A program made the translations under genes and the position numbers. The notes beneath the pieces are model-generated. The model searched no databases, was not told where the DNA came from, and saw only the letters and a list, made by a program, of their open reading frames with translations. From Nitrospirota bacterium (GTDB lineage Bacteria; Nitrospirota; UBA9217), in NCBI GenBank assembly GCA_963741205.1, contig CAVUHW010000050.1:1-59191 (forward strand): 59,191 nt of DNA, read 5' to 3'. Shown here piece after piece: positions 57,688 to 59,191 of the stretch; within the stretch, counting starts at the first letter, position 1; each line of letters opens with the position of its first letter.

Positions 57688-59191
57688 ATGAAACAGAATT
57701 CACGGTATATCGTCGGTATTGACCTGGGGACAACAAACTGTGTTGTCTCTTTCATCGATAAAGAAAAAAGCCCGGATCAGCCCCGGACGGAGCTGTTCAG
57801 GATTCTCCAGGTGACCGACTCCGGCGTTGTGGAAGAAAAGGAAATACTCCCCTCGTTCCTCTACATTCCCTCTGAAGCGGAGCTTCCGGAGAAGAGTCTC
57901 TCTCTGCCCTGGGCTCAAGAGATGGGTTTTACCGTCGGGACGTTCGCGCGCAGAAGAGGCGCCGAAGTCCCCCTTCGCCTGGTCTCCTCTTCGAAATCGT
58001 GGCTCTGTTATCCTAATATCGACAAGACCTCGCCGCTTCTTCCCTGGAATGCCCCGGAAGAGATCCACAAGATTTCACCCCTGGAGGCCTCGTCGTACCT
58101 TCTGGAACACATCAGGAATGCGTGGAATTATTCGATTGCCGGGGACAATGAAGATCTTCTCCTGGAAAAGCAGGAGGTCTACATAACCGTTCCCGCTTCG
58201 TTCGATGCCCTTGCAAGGGAACTCACGGTGAGGGCGGCGGAATCGGCCGGCATCCCGAAGTCCACGCTGCTTGAGGAGCCTCAGGCCGCATTTTATGCAT
58301 GGATAAATCGCAGAGATCAGGAATGGCGTAACCAGGCTAAAGTGGGCGATATGATCCTGGTTTGCGATATCGGCGGAGGCACAACCGACTTTAGCCTGAT
58401 CGAAGTAGAGGACGAGGCAGGGGAACTTGCGCTCAAGAGAGTCGCTGTCGGAGAACATATCCTTCTCGGCGGGGACAACATGGACCTGACCCTTGCCTGG
58501 TCGGTGAAAAAACATTTCTCCGAAAAAAAGATAAACCTCGATACGCGCCAGATGCTTGGCTTGGTTTACAGCAGCAGGGAAGCGAAAGAGAAAATGCTCA
58601 GTGATCCCAAATGCAAGACACTGCCCGTGGTAATCCTGGGAAGAGGGAAAAGCGTCGTGGGCGGGACCCTGGAAACGGAGCTGAAGCGGACCGAAGTCGA
58701 AGAAACGATCATTGAGGGGTTCTTTCCCGAATGCAGCATAGAGGATTCTCCCCAGGAGCGGAGGGCCTCCGGTTTCGGGAGTGGGTCTTCAGTACGCAAC
58801 GGATACTGCAATTACAAGATATCTGGCCCGTTTCCTGAGACTTCATGCGAAAAAAGGGGGCGGAAAAATTCAGCCATCCGACGAAGCTCCTCTTTAACGG
58901 AGGAGTGACCAAGGCCCTTTCCATACGGAACCGGATCAAAGCTGTCGTCGATAAATGGCTCGCATCGGACGGAGGAGCGCCGGTTGAAGTCCTCACCGGA
59001 AACGACCCCGATATGGCCGTGGGGATCGGCGCCGCGTATTACGGCTTTGCAAAAAAGGGCAAGGGAATAAGGATCGGGCCGGAGCGGGCAGGTCGTATTA
59101 TATCGGCATAGAATCCTCGATGCCCGCCATACCGGGAATGGCTCCTCCGATAAAGGCCCTCTGTGTCGTTCCTTTCGGGATGGAGGAGGGT
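57688..59191 (+). CDS. Hsp70 family protein (non-DnaK), frameshifted and truncated by the window end
   Basis: VGIDLGTTN, ITVPASFD, LEEPQAA, DIGGGTTDF, LLGGDNMD, LLFNGG. Confidence 0.9.

Overview
GC-rich bacterial chromosomal window. Gene content and order suggest a Nitrospirota or Geobacter-like anaerobe (inference only). Many genes carry single-base indels that look like uncorrected long-read errors rather than real decay. Housekeeping genes (larC, nadE, rsmI, uppP, ftsK, recQ, lolA, yajQ) are interleaved with metal-redox genes: a sigma54-driven, collagen-tethered multicopper oxidase lipoprotein plus a 12-heme and a 5-heme cytochrome. A ~24 kb co-oriented chemosensory cluster runs DUF4388, cheY, cheA, exeA-like, cheW, three MCPs, cheW, HEAT repeat, cheR, cheB. 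A complete porin-cytochrome set (OmcB-like lipoprotein, MtrA/DmsE-like decaheme, MtrB-like barrel) and an orphan solute-binding protein are embedded inside this cluster. One MCP carries a C-terminal PhnD-like binding domain. The non-coding DNA holds integron attC-like sites with no integrase, a conserved TACTCAATWACTGGTT motif in front of cassette-like genes, and many tandem 7/9-mer inverted-repeat elements at gene junctions. No rRNA, tRNA, CRISPR array or intact transposase was seen.
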